DNA from: the human T2T-CHM13v2.0 reference genome, Homo sapiens | DNA length: 64,000 nt | NCBI RefSeq assembly: GCF_009914755.1 | Contig: NC_060933.1 | Direction: 5' to 3' (one strand) | Part shown: positions 40,089 to 56,014 of the stretch, one piece after another | Position numbering within the stretch: position 1 is the stretch's first letter | How the letters are laid out: the number at the start of each line of letters is the position of its first letter | Position numbers and translations under genes: made by a program | The notes under the pieces: generated by a model | Told to the model about the DNA's origin: nothing | What the model saw: the letters and a program-made list of their open reading frames with translations, nothing else | Databases searched by the model: none

Positions 40089-42276
40089 TATTTGAGATAC
40101 TATAGTCAGCAAAAGATAAAAAGCCCTTCTCCACGTGGAATAAATAGTAGTTAATCAGTAATATAAAACAATATTAGAGAGTGATATGTGCTTTGAAAAC
40201 CAAGAAAGCAGGGTAATGTGACAGGTAATAATTCACGTGGCGTATTAGGATTATCAAGAAATGCTTTTTTACAGTAGAAACATTTGACAGAAATCTGAGC
40301 TGTGGATTTGAGCCCTGTTGAAAGAGCTTTCCAGGTGGAGGAAAGAGCAACTATAAAAGCCTTGTAGCAGGAAGGTGCTTGCTATATTCTGGGAGGTTTT
40401 AGGGCCCTCAGTAACCTTTGGGTAGAATTATTTATTAGTTTCTGTTTTGGTTTAGTTTTTACTTTTTAAAGTAAGATTTATTGAGACAATTTACCTATAG
40501 TAAAACTTACCTCTTTTAGTTATAATTCTGTGAGTTTTGACGAACATATACTGTTGTGTAACTTACCTTCAGCATATACAATGGGTCTGTCAACCCTAAA
40601 TATTCACTACTGCCCTTTGAGGTTAGCCCTTCTCCCCATCCTAGCACCTTAGAATCACTGCACTGTTTTTCGTTCCTGTAGTTTTGCAGTTTCCAAAGTA
40701 TCAAATAAATGGAATCATGCAGTTATGTAGTCTTTCACGTTTTTTTTTCTTAGCATGTGAGATTATAATTTTTGTCTTTTTATGTCTTGATCAGCCTGGT
40801 TAACGATGTATCGATTTTATTGATACTTTGAAAGAACTGGCATTTGTTTCAATTGAATGTTCTCTGTTTTTAATTTTATTTATTTATGCTCTTTTAAGAT
40901 TCCTTCCTTCTGCCTGCTTTGGATTTAATATGCTCTTCTTAAGGTGGAAGTTTAAATTATTGATTTGAGAATGTCTTTCTGTTGTAAGCATTTGCTGCTA
41001 TAAATTTTCCTTTAAGCACTGCTTTAGCTGCTTCCTGTAAGTTTTGATATGTCATATTTTTATTTTCATTCAATTCAAAGTATTTTCTAATTTCTCTTCT
41101 GACTTTCTTTTACCCATTGTTTATTTAGAAATATGTTATTTAACTTCTAAATATTTTGAGATTTTCAGATCCCTTTCTGTTACTGATTTCTAGTTTAAAT
41201 TCATTATGGTCAGGGGAGAAACCGTTTCAGTTCGTTTAAATTTGTTGATGTTTGTTTTATGGCCCAGAACATATATGATTAATCTTGGTGAATGTTTCAA
41301 GTGTACTTGAAATTAATATGTGTTTTGCTGGGTTGAATGTTCCATTTGGGCAAGTAGGTTGGTGGATAGAATTATTCAGGCTACTGATTTTCTGTTTACT
41401 GGTTGTGTTGAAGCCTCTGATTATAACCATTGATTTGCCTGTTTCTCCTTTCAGTTCTTTAAGTTTTTTGCTTTGTATGTTTTGGAGATCTCTTGTTAGG
41501 TACATATAAATGTGTATGAATTTTATGCCCCTTTTGTGATTATGTGATGTGTCTTTTTATCTGTGGTAACTGTGCTTGTTCTGAAGTCTACTTTGGTAGT
41601 AATATAGCCATTCCAGGTTTCTTCGGTTAGGTTTGAATGGTCTATCTTTTTCTGTCCTTTAGCTTTTAATGGATGTTTTCTTGTTTAAAGTGGGTTTCTG
41701 TTTTTTGATGCAAAGTCTCACTGTGTTGCCCAGGGTGGTCTTGAACTCCTGTGTTTAAGCTCGCCTCAGCCTAAGTAGTAAGTAGCTGGGATTATATGTG
41801 CATGCCACCACATCTGGCTTAAAATGGGTTTCTTACAGTCAGTGTATATTTAGATCTTTCTTTTTTATCTAATCTGACAATCTCTTGGCTTTTAATTTGT
41901 GTTTAGACTATTTTATAAAACTAATTATTGATATGATTGGATTGTAATCTGATATCTCTAATTGTTTTCTGTTCTCTAATTTTGTTTATCCTATTGTATT
42001 CCTCCTTTTGGCCTGATTTTTGATTAATTATCATTTATTTTATGGTTTCTCTAGGGTTTACAATGTATATATCTTTAATCATAGTCTATCTTCCAATAAT
42101 ATTTTATTGTTGTACATATAGTGTAAGAATCTTACAATACCATGCTTCCAATTCCCATTTCCTATCTTTCTTGGTATCATCATAATTTGCTTTACTTTGG
42201 TGCATGTTGAAAACTCACAATGTGTACCTACTGAATTTGGTTTAGTCAGTTTTCTTTGGAGCAATTAGTTTTCTAA

Positions 42277-42671
<395 letters not shown>

Positions 42672-43619
42672 ACTTTCTCATTTTTTATAATGCAGGTCTG
42701 CCAGTAATGACTTCTCTCAGTTTTTTGGGTATAGATGAGAAGGGAGCTGGGAAAAACCTTTATTTCACCCTAATTTTTCTGAGTGACATTTTTGCTGGGT
42801 TGTGTTTTCCCCCTTTCCAACTGTTAAAAGATGTGATTTCATTGTTCTTTGTTACACATACTTTTGATGAGAAATCTATGACATTTCTTATTTTTGTTCC
42901 TCTGTACATAATTTGTCATCTTTTTTGACTGCTTTCAGGATTTATATATGGTGTGACTAGATGAGTTTAATTGTGTTTTGATATTTGTCCTGTTTGGGCT
43001 TTTCTGAGCTACTTGGATGGATCTGTCTTTCAATATTTTTCATTTTTTTCTTCAAATAGTTTCTTTGCCTCTGTCTCCCTTTCTCTCCCCCACCCCCTGG
43101 CTCCCCTGTTTTCTCCTCCTCCACTTTTTCCCTGTTCCTCTTCTTGAATTCCTGAAATTCTTGCTGGATTTCTGTTTATAGTCCCACAGCCTTTGGATGT
43201 TCTGTTCAAGTTTTTTCCCCATTGTTTTCTTAGTGCCTTTTAATTCAAATAATTTATCTTGACCTATTTTCAAATCTACTGATTTTGTCCTTGGCTCTGA
43301 TGAGTGTACTGACAAACCCACTGAAGGTATTTTCATTTATGTTACCATGTTTTTTAATCTTTAATATATCCCTTTGACTCTTCTTTTTTCCATTTTCTCT
43401 GCTATAATAATATTCACCATCTATTCATGCATATGTTCCACTAGAAGCCTTTACCATATTAATCATAGTAATTAAAATTAAAAATTTTAGTTTCAACATT
43501 GATGTTATAGATGAGTCTGATTCTGTTGATTCCTTTATTATTTGCTTGAATTTTTTCCCTTGCTTTTATAGGGCATCTCATAATTATTGATCGAATGTCA
43601 GACATCATATCATGCATAG

Positions 43620-43973
43620 CAGGAGTCCCCAACCCCCGGGCTGTAGAACGGTACCGGTCTGTGACCTGTTAGGAACTGGGCCGGACAGCAGGAGTTGAGT
43701 GGTGGGCGAGGGAGCATTATTGCCTGAGCTCCGCCTCCTGTCAGATCAGTGGGGGCATTAGATTCTCATAGTAGGGTGAACCCTATTGTGAACTGTGCAT
43801 ACGCAGGATCTAGGTTGCATGCTCCTTGTGAGAATCTAAAGCCTGATGCTCTGAAGTGGAACAATTTAATCCCCAAGCCATCTCCCCACCCTCCAACCCC
43901 CCAGCCCCACTTTTGTGGAAAAATTGTCTTCCACAAAACAGCTCCCTGTTACCAAAAAGGCTGGGGACCACAG
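43620..43973 (+). mobile_element. MER1B (hAT-Charlie)
   Basis: caggagtccccaacc...ggctggggaccacag; perfect 8-bp TSD ATGCATAG at 43612-43619 and 43974-43981. Confidence 0.93.
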
Positions 43974-45931
43974 ATGCATAGCATAATAGAGACTGAGGTA
44001 AATATCATAGTATTTATGTCTGGAAACGGGGATGCCTCTTTTCTGCTAAGCTATTAGCTTGGGGTGGGGGGTTGAGCTTAGGTTGGTTTGAATTCCAGAT
44101 TAATACGATTTCCTTCACTACATTACTGCTTCAGTTTCCTTTAGTTGTACCTTGTGCTTAGGGTGGCTGGAGGCTGTGTTGCTCAGATTTTGCTCCGTGC
44201 TGAGCCTTTGACCTTTCTTCTACTCTTGTACCTCAGAAAATTCTCTTTCCACATTCTTAGCTCTTTCCTAGATGTTAGAGGCTCCTGCTGCTTGTTTCTT
44301 AGTGCTTGTGAGCTTGATGTATTTGGGGAGAAGGCAAGGTGGTTTGGATAGGCTTGTTAGTGTTCTTGTCCATTTTCACTCCTAGCCAGGGCTGTTTCTG
44401 TGAGTCTCAGAAATGGAGTATTCTTGGCCATCCTGCCCCTCCTCCTCATGGCATCTGATTGATATCTCTCGTATTTCCTATGTGGGATTGACTATCCTTC
44501 CCTTCCCCAGCAGAGGGAGACCTCTAATCATCTGGCCCCAGGAGAGTTCTTGTTCTTCCCCTAGAGTTTTATTTTATTCTTGTCCCTAGGATACTGTATC
44601 TTCACCTGTGCCCTGAGGGAAACAAGGTTTACTGCCCTTCCCCTAGTTTCTTATGGCTATTGTTTTGAGTAGTTGATAATCTTGGTGGTGCTTTGGGCCT
44701 TTTCTGCAGTGGAGGCTCCTCACCTTTTCCAGGGTCATACCAAGGAAAGCCTTCTCTTGTTTCCCACTTGCACCCATCTCCCGTCTTTCTCAAGAGCTCC
44801 TCACGTGTGTGGCTCTCAGGGATTCTGCATCTCACATTAGTCCACACTTATCCTTTATCATTTTAGCTGAATTATTCTTACCTATATTGTATAGTATCTG
44901 ACATCTCTTTCTCCTCTCTACCACAAGTGAGCTGGTGCTTATTTTCTCTCTCTCCCTGAAGGTACCTGTTTGTCCTTAGATTTTTAGGGATCTTTGTTGT
45001 CCTGTGACCTCAGATTGCTAATGGTTTTAAGAAAGTTATGATATCATAGTTTATCGGGTTTTTTTTCCTTTTCTTAAGGTTTGGAGGGGCCCTCACTCCA
45101 GCTTTGTGCACCCTAGGCAGAAGCAGGACTGTAGACTTCTTTTCAGCCCTGTCTTGTACCTCAGCCTTCGGAGGTCACTTATACGTCTGGTTCTGGAGGA
45201 TTCTTTGTTCTGTAGTTGTAACTGATTTGCTTGTTGATGGCTCTTCAGCTCCCTGTTCTTGCTTGCTTCTAGCATTTAGGAGAATTGAGAAAGTTATGAG
45301 CTTAGTGCTCTGTCCCTCTTCCAAAATTTTTTTTAACATTTTACATCTCCTGTTGTCGCCACCATTTTTAACTGTTACTGCAGAGCTTGAGATTTTTAAC
45401 CACTGTAGGTAATTTCTGGTTGGCAATTAAGATGGCCCTTTACAATCTGATAAGGAACAGAAGTATAGCAATAGGAGGAGACTCCTTTGAAGAATCCAGA
45501 AAAATCTATTCACATACCTCAAATCAGGAATAGATTTCAGTAAGGTGTAGATATACAGTGTTTTTCAAATTTTTGTCAGTCAATCAAGAAATACATGGTT
45601 ACTCTCATTACGAAAGTATACTTGCAAAATGAAAATGCATATTCAGATATTTCCTCTTCTCCATTAAAAAAAAAAGAAAAAAAGCTGGAGCCACACCTAC
45701 TACCTTGATTTTATGACCCACAAAGGAAATTGCCACCACCAATTTGTAAAAGTTTGTAGTGTAGGTTCCAATAAACCAGTTACAGTAGAATTGTTGCCTC
45801 ATTTGTACTTGGCTTGTGAATACTTGGGAGATTTTCTAACTATGTTTTGTTATTTTTTACTGTTTTATTTTTGTACTGAAAATACATCATTTCAAAAATG
45901 GATTGTGATAATTAAATTTTCTCTTATTAAG

Positions 45932-46099
45932 GCTGTTTATATCACTGGAAAAGAAGTTTTCAGCTTCAAAATGGTTTCTTACATGGATGCAACTGCTGGT
46001 TCTGCATACACAGATATGAATGTGGTTGACATTCAGGTTAATTTAATAGTTGGTTGCATTGAAGTAGTTTTTGTCACGAAATTTCTATATTCTATATTG
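45932..46099 (+). CDS. VPS13A: VPS13A exon 32, 168 nt (phase 0-0)
   Basis: attaag|GCTGTT...ATATTG|gtaagt; AVYITGKEVFSFKMVSYMDATAGSAYTDMNVVDIQVNLIVGCIEVVFVTKFLYSIL. Confidence 0.96.
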
Positions 46100-46498
46100 G
46101 TAAGTATTTTATTAAATTATTATTTATTTTATACTAATTGGAAATTGCTATATGTCAAATATGGATGAAGACTAGTAAGAATTCCTTGCTTGAGATTTTT
46201 TCTGATTTTTTAAATCTTCTGGGTACCATTTATTATACATAATAAATGTGTAGTTCCTTATTTATATAACATCGTTTTGACATAGGAATATTCTAATTAA
46301 TTGAAATATATATTTCATATAGTAACATTAAGTATATGTGCATTATATATCATAAATATGTTATATATTAATTAGAACCTTCGTTTTATATGTCATTGGC
46401 TTAAGTCTTCGTTTTACCTGACTTGCAACTATAATTTAAAAATACTGAATATATAATTGAAGTTTGTTTTGGTCTGAAGTCATCATTAAGAAAAGGTT

Positions 46499-46804
46499 AT
46501 TTTAATTTTCTAGAGACAAGGTCTTGCTCTGTCACCCAGGCTGGAGTGTAGTGGCATGATCGTAGCTCATTGTAACCTTGAACTCCTGGATTCAAGTGAT
46601 CCTCCCGCCCCAACCTCCTGAGTAGCTGAGACTACAGGCACATATCACCATGCACATACCACCAAGCTAATTTTTTTTTTCTTCAAGTTTTTATAGAGAT
46701 GGGGTCTTACTCTGTTGCCCAGTCTGGTCTTGAACTCCTGGCCTCAAGTGATCCTCCTGCTTTGGCCTCCCAAAGCGCTGAGATTACAGGCATTATGTCT
46801 GGCC
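46499..46804 (-). mobile_element. AluJ
   Basis: Antisense AluJ consensus. Confidence 0.88.
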
Positions 46805-47294
46805 CAAGAAAATCATATTTTCGATTGCATTGTCATTCTGTGAATATCAGGGACTTTAAGGAGTTAGATTTAACCCCTATATGACTCCACCCTAAGGCAT
46901 TTCGGTTCTTATTTCGGCTTTTCTTGTTTCATTTTGTTTCGGTTTTTGTTTTTCCCTTGCTGTCAGCTGATATTTTTTCCTGTGGGTGTCACACCTATCT
47001 CCATAACATCACTATTCATTCTTTTAAAATGCTGTCTCAGTGTTTTAGTGTATGAACTAGGTAATCAAATCTAAGGCTGTAGTGGAATAAATAGGCCAAG
47101 TGTGGCAATTCTTATAAGCAAGAAAAGTATTTGCGTGTTCATTTGAATGTATTTGGGAATGTGGAGCCCTCTTTTGTTATTTCAAAATTCTAAGTTAATT
47201 CCATATAATGTTGCTGTTTTGTGATCTTTTAAGCCATAACATCATTTTGTACACAAAAATGTAAAGATAAACAAGTATTCCTTGTTGAATTTCT

Positions 47295-47570
47295 TCTCTT
47301 TTAAAAAAAATTAGAGTTGGGTTCTTGCTCTGCAGCCCAGACTGGAGTGCAGTGGCGTGCTCCTAGCTCACTGCAGCCTCAAACTCATGGGCACAAGCAA
47401 ATCCCATCTCAGCCTCCCAAGTAGATTAAATTAGTAGGGACAACAGGCCCTGCTAATTTTTTATTTTTAATTTTTTTTTTAAGACACGATCTCGCTGTAT
47501 TGCCCAAACTGGTCTAGAACTACTGGCCCCATGTTATCCTACTACCTCAGCCTCTTAAGTAGCTAATTTA
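47295..47570 (-). mobile_element. Diverged AluJ
   Basis: cccagactggagtgcagtggcgtg...gctcactgcagcctcaaactc. Confidence 0.8.
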
Positions 47571-48132
47571 TTTTTATAACCAAAAAAATCATGTCACTTG
47601 AGCCCTCTTGTACTTATACTTAGAAATTACTAAAATGTTAATTTTTTCTTTGAACATGAAAATTAGGTATAAGAGTATAAATATAGATAATTATATTTTA
47701 TGTCATTGAAGTTTTTTTTTGGAATTTGGAAATTGGAAAATTATTTTGAAACTTCTTAAACATATTTTATTTATTTATTTACCTTACAAATATAAATAAG
47801 CTCTCTGTCCACTGAGGTTGTATAGAGAAATAGGGTTGTTTTTCATTAGGGAAAGTGAGATAAGGGAAGTAGATATCTGTAAGACATTCCAGCGATCCCA
47901 TTTAGCTTTGTTCTGAGGACTAGATTTTTATTTTATCTGTGTCTTTGTGTTTCTCAGTTTTTGTGGCAGAAAATTAAGATTTAATATAGACAGTAAGATT
48001 TTGAATAAATAATGCTTGGTTGTATCAAGTAAAAGTTTTTTTTTAAATGGAGGTAAAACCATAAATATCAATATATATTTAATAAGTCTTATTTATTAAT
48101 AACCTTAAGAATATAATTCTGTTATCTTACAG

Positions 48133-48437
48133 GCTTTTATAGATAATTTTCAGGCAGCTAAACAAGCCTTGGCTGAGGCAACTGTTCAGGCAGCTGGAAT
48201 GGCTGCTACTGGTGTAAAAGAACTCGCACAAAGGAGTTCCAGAATGGCACTGGATATTAACATCAAAGCCCCAGTTGTGGTCATCCCGCAGTCTCCAGTT
48301 TCTGAAAATGTTTTTGTTGCTGATTTTGGACTAATTACAATGACAAATACCTTTCATATGATAACAGAGAGCCAGAGCTCTCCCCCACCTGTTATTGATT
48401 TGATAACAATAAAGCTGAGTGAAATGCGACTATACAG
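48133..48437 (+). CDS. VPS13A: VPS13A exon 33, 305 nt
   Basis: ttacag|GCTTTT...TACAG|gtaagc; AFIDNFQAAKQALAEATVQAAG...ALDINIKAPVVVIPQ...VFVADFGLITMTN...LSEMRLYR (typical VPS13 repeat signature). Confidence 0.98.
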
Positions 48438-49199
48438 GTAAGCTTTTCACAAGTATATTTGTGTGGAATGCAATATTTTTCTAACTTTTTAAAGACTTTG
48501 ATGTCTTGAGTAGTCTGTTTACAGTGAGATTTTATTTTATTAATTATACATAACTTAGTGATTCTCTCTTCCTTAAGTATATTTTGGCAAAATCAATTAT
48601 AGTCTTTGCATTTTAAAAAACCTAGAAAGTGTTTGAAAATTTCTCCTTAGGTAATTAGGAAAACTATAAAATTTATTATCTGAGGAAGTATATTTGTGCT
48701 TTTTTGTGGTTCATTATAAATTACATGGCTATGGAAAAAATGAGGAATTTCTAATGTAATATGTTTATTCACTTTGCAAATACATTATCATCTTATCTTC
48801 TCTGTCGGTTGTTGCTGTGGCTCTGATGCTGTAATTTAAACGAACATGCAGTAGCATACAACCTTATTCGTTAACCTGTATTCGTTAAGCATAGGGTTAG
48901 GAATTAGGCGGATAACCAAATGTTCAAATAGTTCGAGAGCTTTTATACTGTGTCCTCTGTGTTTCTGTGCTATTTCTAATTGCCCATTCTGAATTTATGC
49001 CCTATTTTCCAACTTGAATCCTTCTCTATTTATACTTCTCAACTGCCCTCTTCCTTCTTTCTGTCATTTTTCTTTGATATAATTCTCTTGCTTGTCTCTT
49101 CACCTTATTTTTGTCTCATTTTTTACTTAACTAACTCCCATTCTCTACTTCTCTTTAGCTTCCTATGAGTCTGTCTTTCCCTCCTGTGCTTTCTTTGAT

Positions 49200-49850
49200 C
49201 AATTGTATATTTTTAAAGCAGCTTTATTGAGACATAATTGACACAGAATAAGTTGCATATCTTTAATGTTATACTATTTTATAAGTTTTGATATGCATAC
49301 ATTTCTGACAGTTTATGTACAGTTGTATTACTTCTTCCTTAAGTATTAGGTAGAATTTACCAGCGAAGCCATCTCGTCTTAGAGTTTGCTTGTGGGAGAT
49401 TTTTAAATGATAGTTTTCATTTCTTTAATAAATTTGGGGCTATTCAAGTTATTTTTTCTTGAGCGATCCTCCCTAATTTCTTAAAAGAATTTATCCATTT
49501 CATCTAAGTTGTAAAATTTAATGGCATAAAGATTTTCATAATGCTCCTTATTTATTAATATCTGTAATGATGTGTCCTCCCTCATTCCTGATATTTATAA
49601 TTTCTGCCTTTGTACTGATCAATCTGGTTAGCGATTTATCCGTTTTATTGATCTTAAGCAGTTTTTGGTTTTATTTTTTTTTCTTTTTTTGTTTTCTCAT
49701 TCATTGATTTCTGATTCAATATTTATTATTCTGCTTACTTTAGGTTCAATTTTGCTCTTTTTATAAGTTTTTTTAGGTGATAGCTAAGATTATTGATTTG
49801 AAACATTTCTTCTTTTCTAATATATGACGTGCTATAAATTGGAGTACTTT
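49200..49850 (-). mobile_element. Old L1M fragments
   Basis: cagctttattgagacataattgaca; gtagaatttaccagcgaagccatct. Confidence 0.65.
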
Positions 49851-50244
49851 ATAATATTGTGCTATGAATTTTAAGTTACTCTATAAGTCTGTGTAGCTCT
49901 CTTCTCTCTGGTATTTTATCATATAAACTAGCTACCTTGGTTTCTCTTGGACTCTCAGCTCTTATCTTCTCTACTCTGGGGCTTTCCTGGCCTTCCCCTG
50001 GGTCCCCCCTCCCTGTACCATGGCCTGTTAATTATGGTAAAACAATACTAAACTGGGACAATCGTAGGGCTCACCTCATTTTTTTTTCCAACTCTTTGGA
50101 ATCACTATCCATTTTTGATGTCTTGTGTCTTGAAAACTATTTTTAAGTCAATTTTGTCTGTCTTTTTTTTGGGGGGGCAGGGTTGTTTCAAGCAGGAGTG
50201 TTAAACCATTCATGTTACTCCATCCTAGATGGAAGGAGAAATTT

Positions 50245-51260
50245 CTGTCACTTGAGCATTTATTAAGCACCAAATCTATCCCAGGCATTGTGCTAAGAAT
50301 AAGAAATATAATAGTGAGCAATCTTTATAAGGGATTAATAAGTAATCCCTACCTCATTGGGTTGTTGTGGTAGGTACTGTTTAATAAATATAGTGGGCTG
50401 GTGCATAAAATGGGATCACATTTTGAAAAGGTTCTAGAAATTAGGTCAAAAGGAGACAAAACTAGAGGTTGGAAGGATAATTTGGTAACTATTGCAGTAA
50501 TTCACATAAGAATTATAGGTGACTTAGTCTAAGGTAAGGGAGTGAAGTAGTGGAGAGCTAACCAGAATTTATAGTAACTGATGGTTGAATGGGTGTGGGA
50601 GTTAAAGGAGAAGAGAAATTAAAATTCACTTTAGGTTACAGGCTTGGAAATCAGCGTTTGATGATGATACACTTCACTGAGATAAGACAGAACAATGCAG
50701 AAAAACCCAGTAGAATAGAGATAGTAATTATTTCTCTAATGGGCAAAGTAGCCTGAAAGTGGTTGCATGACTTCTACATGGAGAGATCTTGAAAGAAATC
50801 CAGAAGGCAGTGGAATATATGTGCCTAGGTGATGCACATAGGTGATGTTGTTTAGACTTCTAGGTTTAGGAGTTCTTAGTAATAATTTGTGCTAGTCACT
50901 GAAGCCTTTGGAATGAGCACAGTCACAAAGAAAGCTTGTAGAGTGGGACATATGAAGAAGAATGCTGAGGAATACCAGTGTTTAAATAATTGACAGAAAG
51001 AGGAACCCTCAAAAGAGACGAAGTAGGAGCAGACAGAGAGATGAGAAGCCAGGAAAATGTATTTGAGGCAGCAGTGAGGGTCCTGCTGATATTGTTAACC
51101 ATGAATTAATAGTGTATCATTTTTTTTTCATGCAGTACTTGGTATTTTGTATTTGGAATCCAACAGTCAGTTGGATTGAGACAAAACTGAATTTTTTGCC
51201 AAGCAAGTGTGACCGAAGGTAGTGGAACAGGATTTTAATGATTGAGAATCATGTTGATGG
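50245..51260 (-). mobile_element. L2 fragments (with MIR piece)
   Basis: catttattaagcacc...ccaggcattgtgctaag and purine-rich L2 body. Confidence 0.6.
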
Positions 51261-51272
51261 ATAATAGAGAGG

Positions 51273-52685
<1,413 letters not shown>

Positions 52686-53040
52686 TTAGAATTATATTGT
52701 TTTGTGCTGTAAATAGCTTTTTTCTTAATAATATGCTGTAAGTTTTCATGTCATTATTTTGAGTGCATAAATTTTTCCAAATATTCCTGTTTTTAGAAAA
52801 TCTAAATCTGCCTTTTGTTAGAAATTTGATTCTAATATATATACAGTTTTGCTATTATAAATAACACTATATTGATGATTGATATCTTTATTACATCAGT
52901 ACTTTTGTAATTGTCTACTCATTTCTTTGGGATAATTCATTTCCTGAGGATGAGTTCCTAGAAATAGAATTACTCAGTTATAGAGTGTAGCCAGTTTTTC
53001 CTGAAATAATTTTAAAATAATTGATAATTGAAAATGCAGT

Positions 53041-53335
53041 TGCTGGGCACGTTGGCTTACGCCTGTAAACCCAGCACTTTGGGAGGTTGAGGATGGCAGA
53101 TTGCTTGAGCTCAGGAGTCTGAGACCAGCCTGGGAAACACGGTGAAACCCCATCTCCACAAAAAATACAAAAATTAGCTGTGTGTGGTGGCATATGCCTG
53201 TCATCCCAGATACTTATGGGACTGAGGCAGGAGAATCACTTGAGCCTGGAAGATTGAGACTGCAGTGACCTGTGTTAATGCCACTGCATTCCGGCCTGGA
53301 TGACAAAATGAGACTGTCTCAAAAAAACAAACCAA
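53041..53335 (+). mobile_element. Alu (J/S, sense)
   Basis: TSD gaaaatgcagtt on both sides. Confidence 0.9.
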
Positions 53336-53439
53336 ACCCCAGAAAATGCAGTTTAGTTACAACTTCTTAGAAAGTGCATAAAGAAAAATAGGAATTCATG
53401 TTTGTGACTAGGTTCTTTATACATTAATCCAACTTGACT

Positions 53440-53720
53440 GCAATTTAGCAAATATTTATTCATTATATGGCACATGCCAATCATCTAAGTACTGACAAAA
53501 AGCAAAGAATAAGATGAACATAGTTCCTGCCCTCATGAAGCTTTCATTCTAATTAAAAATATAGAGGACATAATAAACTATTAAAATGCAATATATTAAA
53601 TGCAGTGATGGAAAAAGTATAAGGTGCATGTGGGAGCACGTAGGAAAGGTGTATTTTATCCATATATTGGGTAGTACTGATAAGAAAAGTTTTTCCAGAG
53701 AAAGTAATCTTTTGACATAA
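53440..53720 (-). mobile_element. L2 3' fragment
   Basis: tttagcaaatatttatt...gttcctgccctcatgaagctttcattcta. Confidence 0.7.
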
Positions 53721-54493
53721 CAGTTTTCTTTCTCATAGTTTGTCCAAAGGACAGAAATTTACTCAAAGATATATAGATGAAGATATAGATATAGATATAT
53801 AAAATACAAGTATTTATTATGGTGAAGAATTGGAAAATATGAAATTTTAATCATAGAAGGTTAATTAAAATACTAGTATAGCCATTTATTCTGATATGGC
53901 TATTAAAATTATATATGCATCCTAGCCTAACTGAAAAAAAGAAAAGAAAACCTATGTGTGCAGCATTCCCTATGGGGCTTTTAGATTCCTTAACCTATTA
54001 CCATTAAGCGGAGACTGCAAGCATGCAGGCATATGTAAGTTTGGTGTCACTCTATCATTCATTCATTAAATGGCTTGGTACAAGGCATTTTGGGAGATCC
54101 CTGATGAACTCTCATATTTCTCTCCTATTGATTAAATGATTGCCAAAATTCTACAGTCATGGTGTTATATCTTAGTTTAAGGATTTGCTGCTAATTAAAA
54201 TATAAGTACATTATTGAGGAGTAACACTTTGAGATTGTCACTTTGAGGTACAATGGGAGGCTTCTATGGTCACATTGTTACTTGAAGGGGTTCAATTGAC
54301 CTACATTTTTCTTCATTCCTGAGCATCAGTCTTACCTTTATAAGTGCTTGGAAAGGCAAATATAGTTCAATTTAAATTGTATGTATTCAGCTATTTTAAC
54401 TCATAGAAATAAAAATTGCATATGGTGCTACTTATTTTTTATAAAGTAAGGGAATATGTGATATTCTGTTACTTACCTAAATCAGTGAGTTAA

Positions 54494-55265
<772 letters not shown>

Positions 55266-55506
55266 CTATTTCTGTATAATATAGAACACTCAGCTCAGTG
55301 TAAGTCACCCAGGTTTCTAGTGGGATAGAACATCACTCAACTCATTTTGACAGATAAAAAAAAAGTCTGATAGATATTTTCCCTTTATACCCAACAAATT
55401 ATTGATTTCTGCTATTTGCATATAAAAGGATAAATTTAAGTTAATCTTTTTTTAACTACCTGAATGTATATGAAACAATTTAAAAGAATGTTATCTCTAC
55501 TTATAG

Positions 55507-55654
55507 ATCTCGATTTATTAATGATGCATACCAGGAAGTACTGGATCTACTCCTGCCATTAAATCTTGAGGTTGTGGTTGAACGAAATTTATGCTGGGAG
55601 TGGTACCAGGAAGTTCCTTGTTTTAATGTAAATGCTCAGCTGAAACCAATGGAG
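55507..55654 (+). CDS. VPS13A: VPS13A exon 34, 148 nt
   Basis: ttatag|ATCTCG...ATGGAG|gtaact; SRFINDAYQEVLDLLLPLNLEVVVERNLCWEWYQEVPCFNVNAQLKPME. Confidence 0.97.
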
Positions 55655-56014
55655 GTAACTTTTTTTGGATACTTATCAATTTTTGTTTTGCTTGTTGAAA
55701 AATACTGCTTGGGGACATAAGGCATCATTTGAGTGGAATTTGTATATACATAATCACCTTGGTCAGAATTGAAATAGTGATTATATTAAACTAGAATTCA
55801 TTTTAAAATGGTCTTGATTTATTCTTTTAACAAATATTACTGGAGATAAAGTGGCAAGGAAGCAATGACATTGTCTCTGACTTCATGGAACTTGCCAGTC
55901 TAATGCAGGGGTTGGTGGTGATGGTGATCTGGAAGGTATAGTAGTAGTTAGATAGTAAAAAAGTAATCAGACACATAATTAAAATAGTTATAAATTGTGG
56001 TAAATTTAATGAAG

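Noticed and set aside
46031-46042. Internal in-frame donor CAG|GTTAAT in exon 32
   Set aside because: Poor +3/+5 match against a strong real donor (gtaagt)
45713-46168. 151-aa ORF spanning exon 32
   Set aside because: Chance stop-free intron flanks around the real 168-nt exon
48840-48952. Possible small Tigger-type MITE (cagta...tactg)
   Set aside because: Terminal match too short to support a family call
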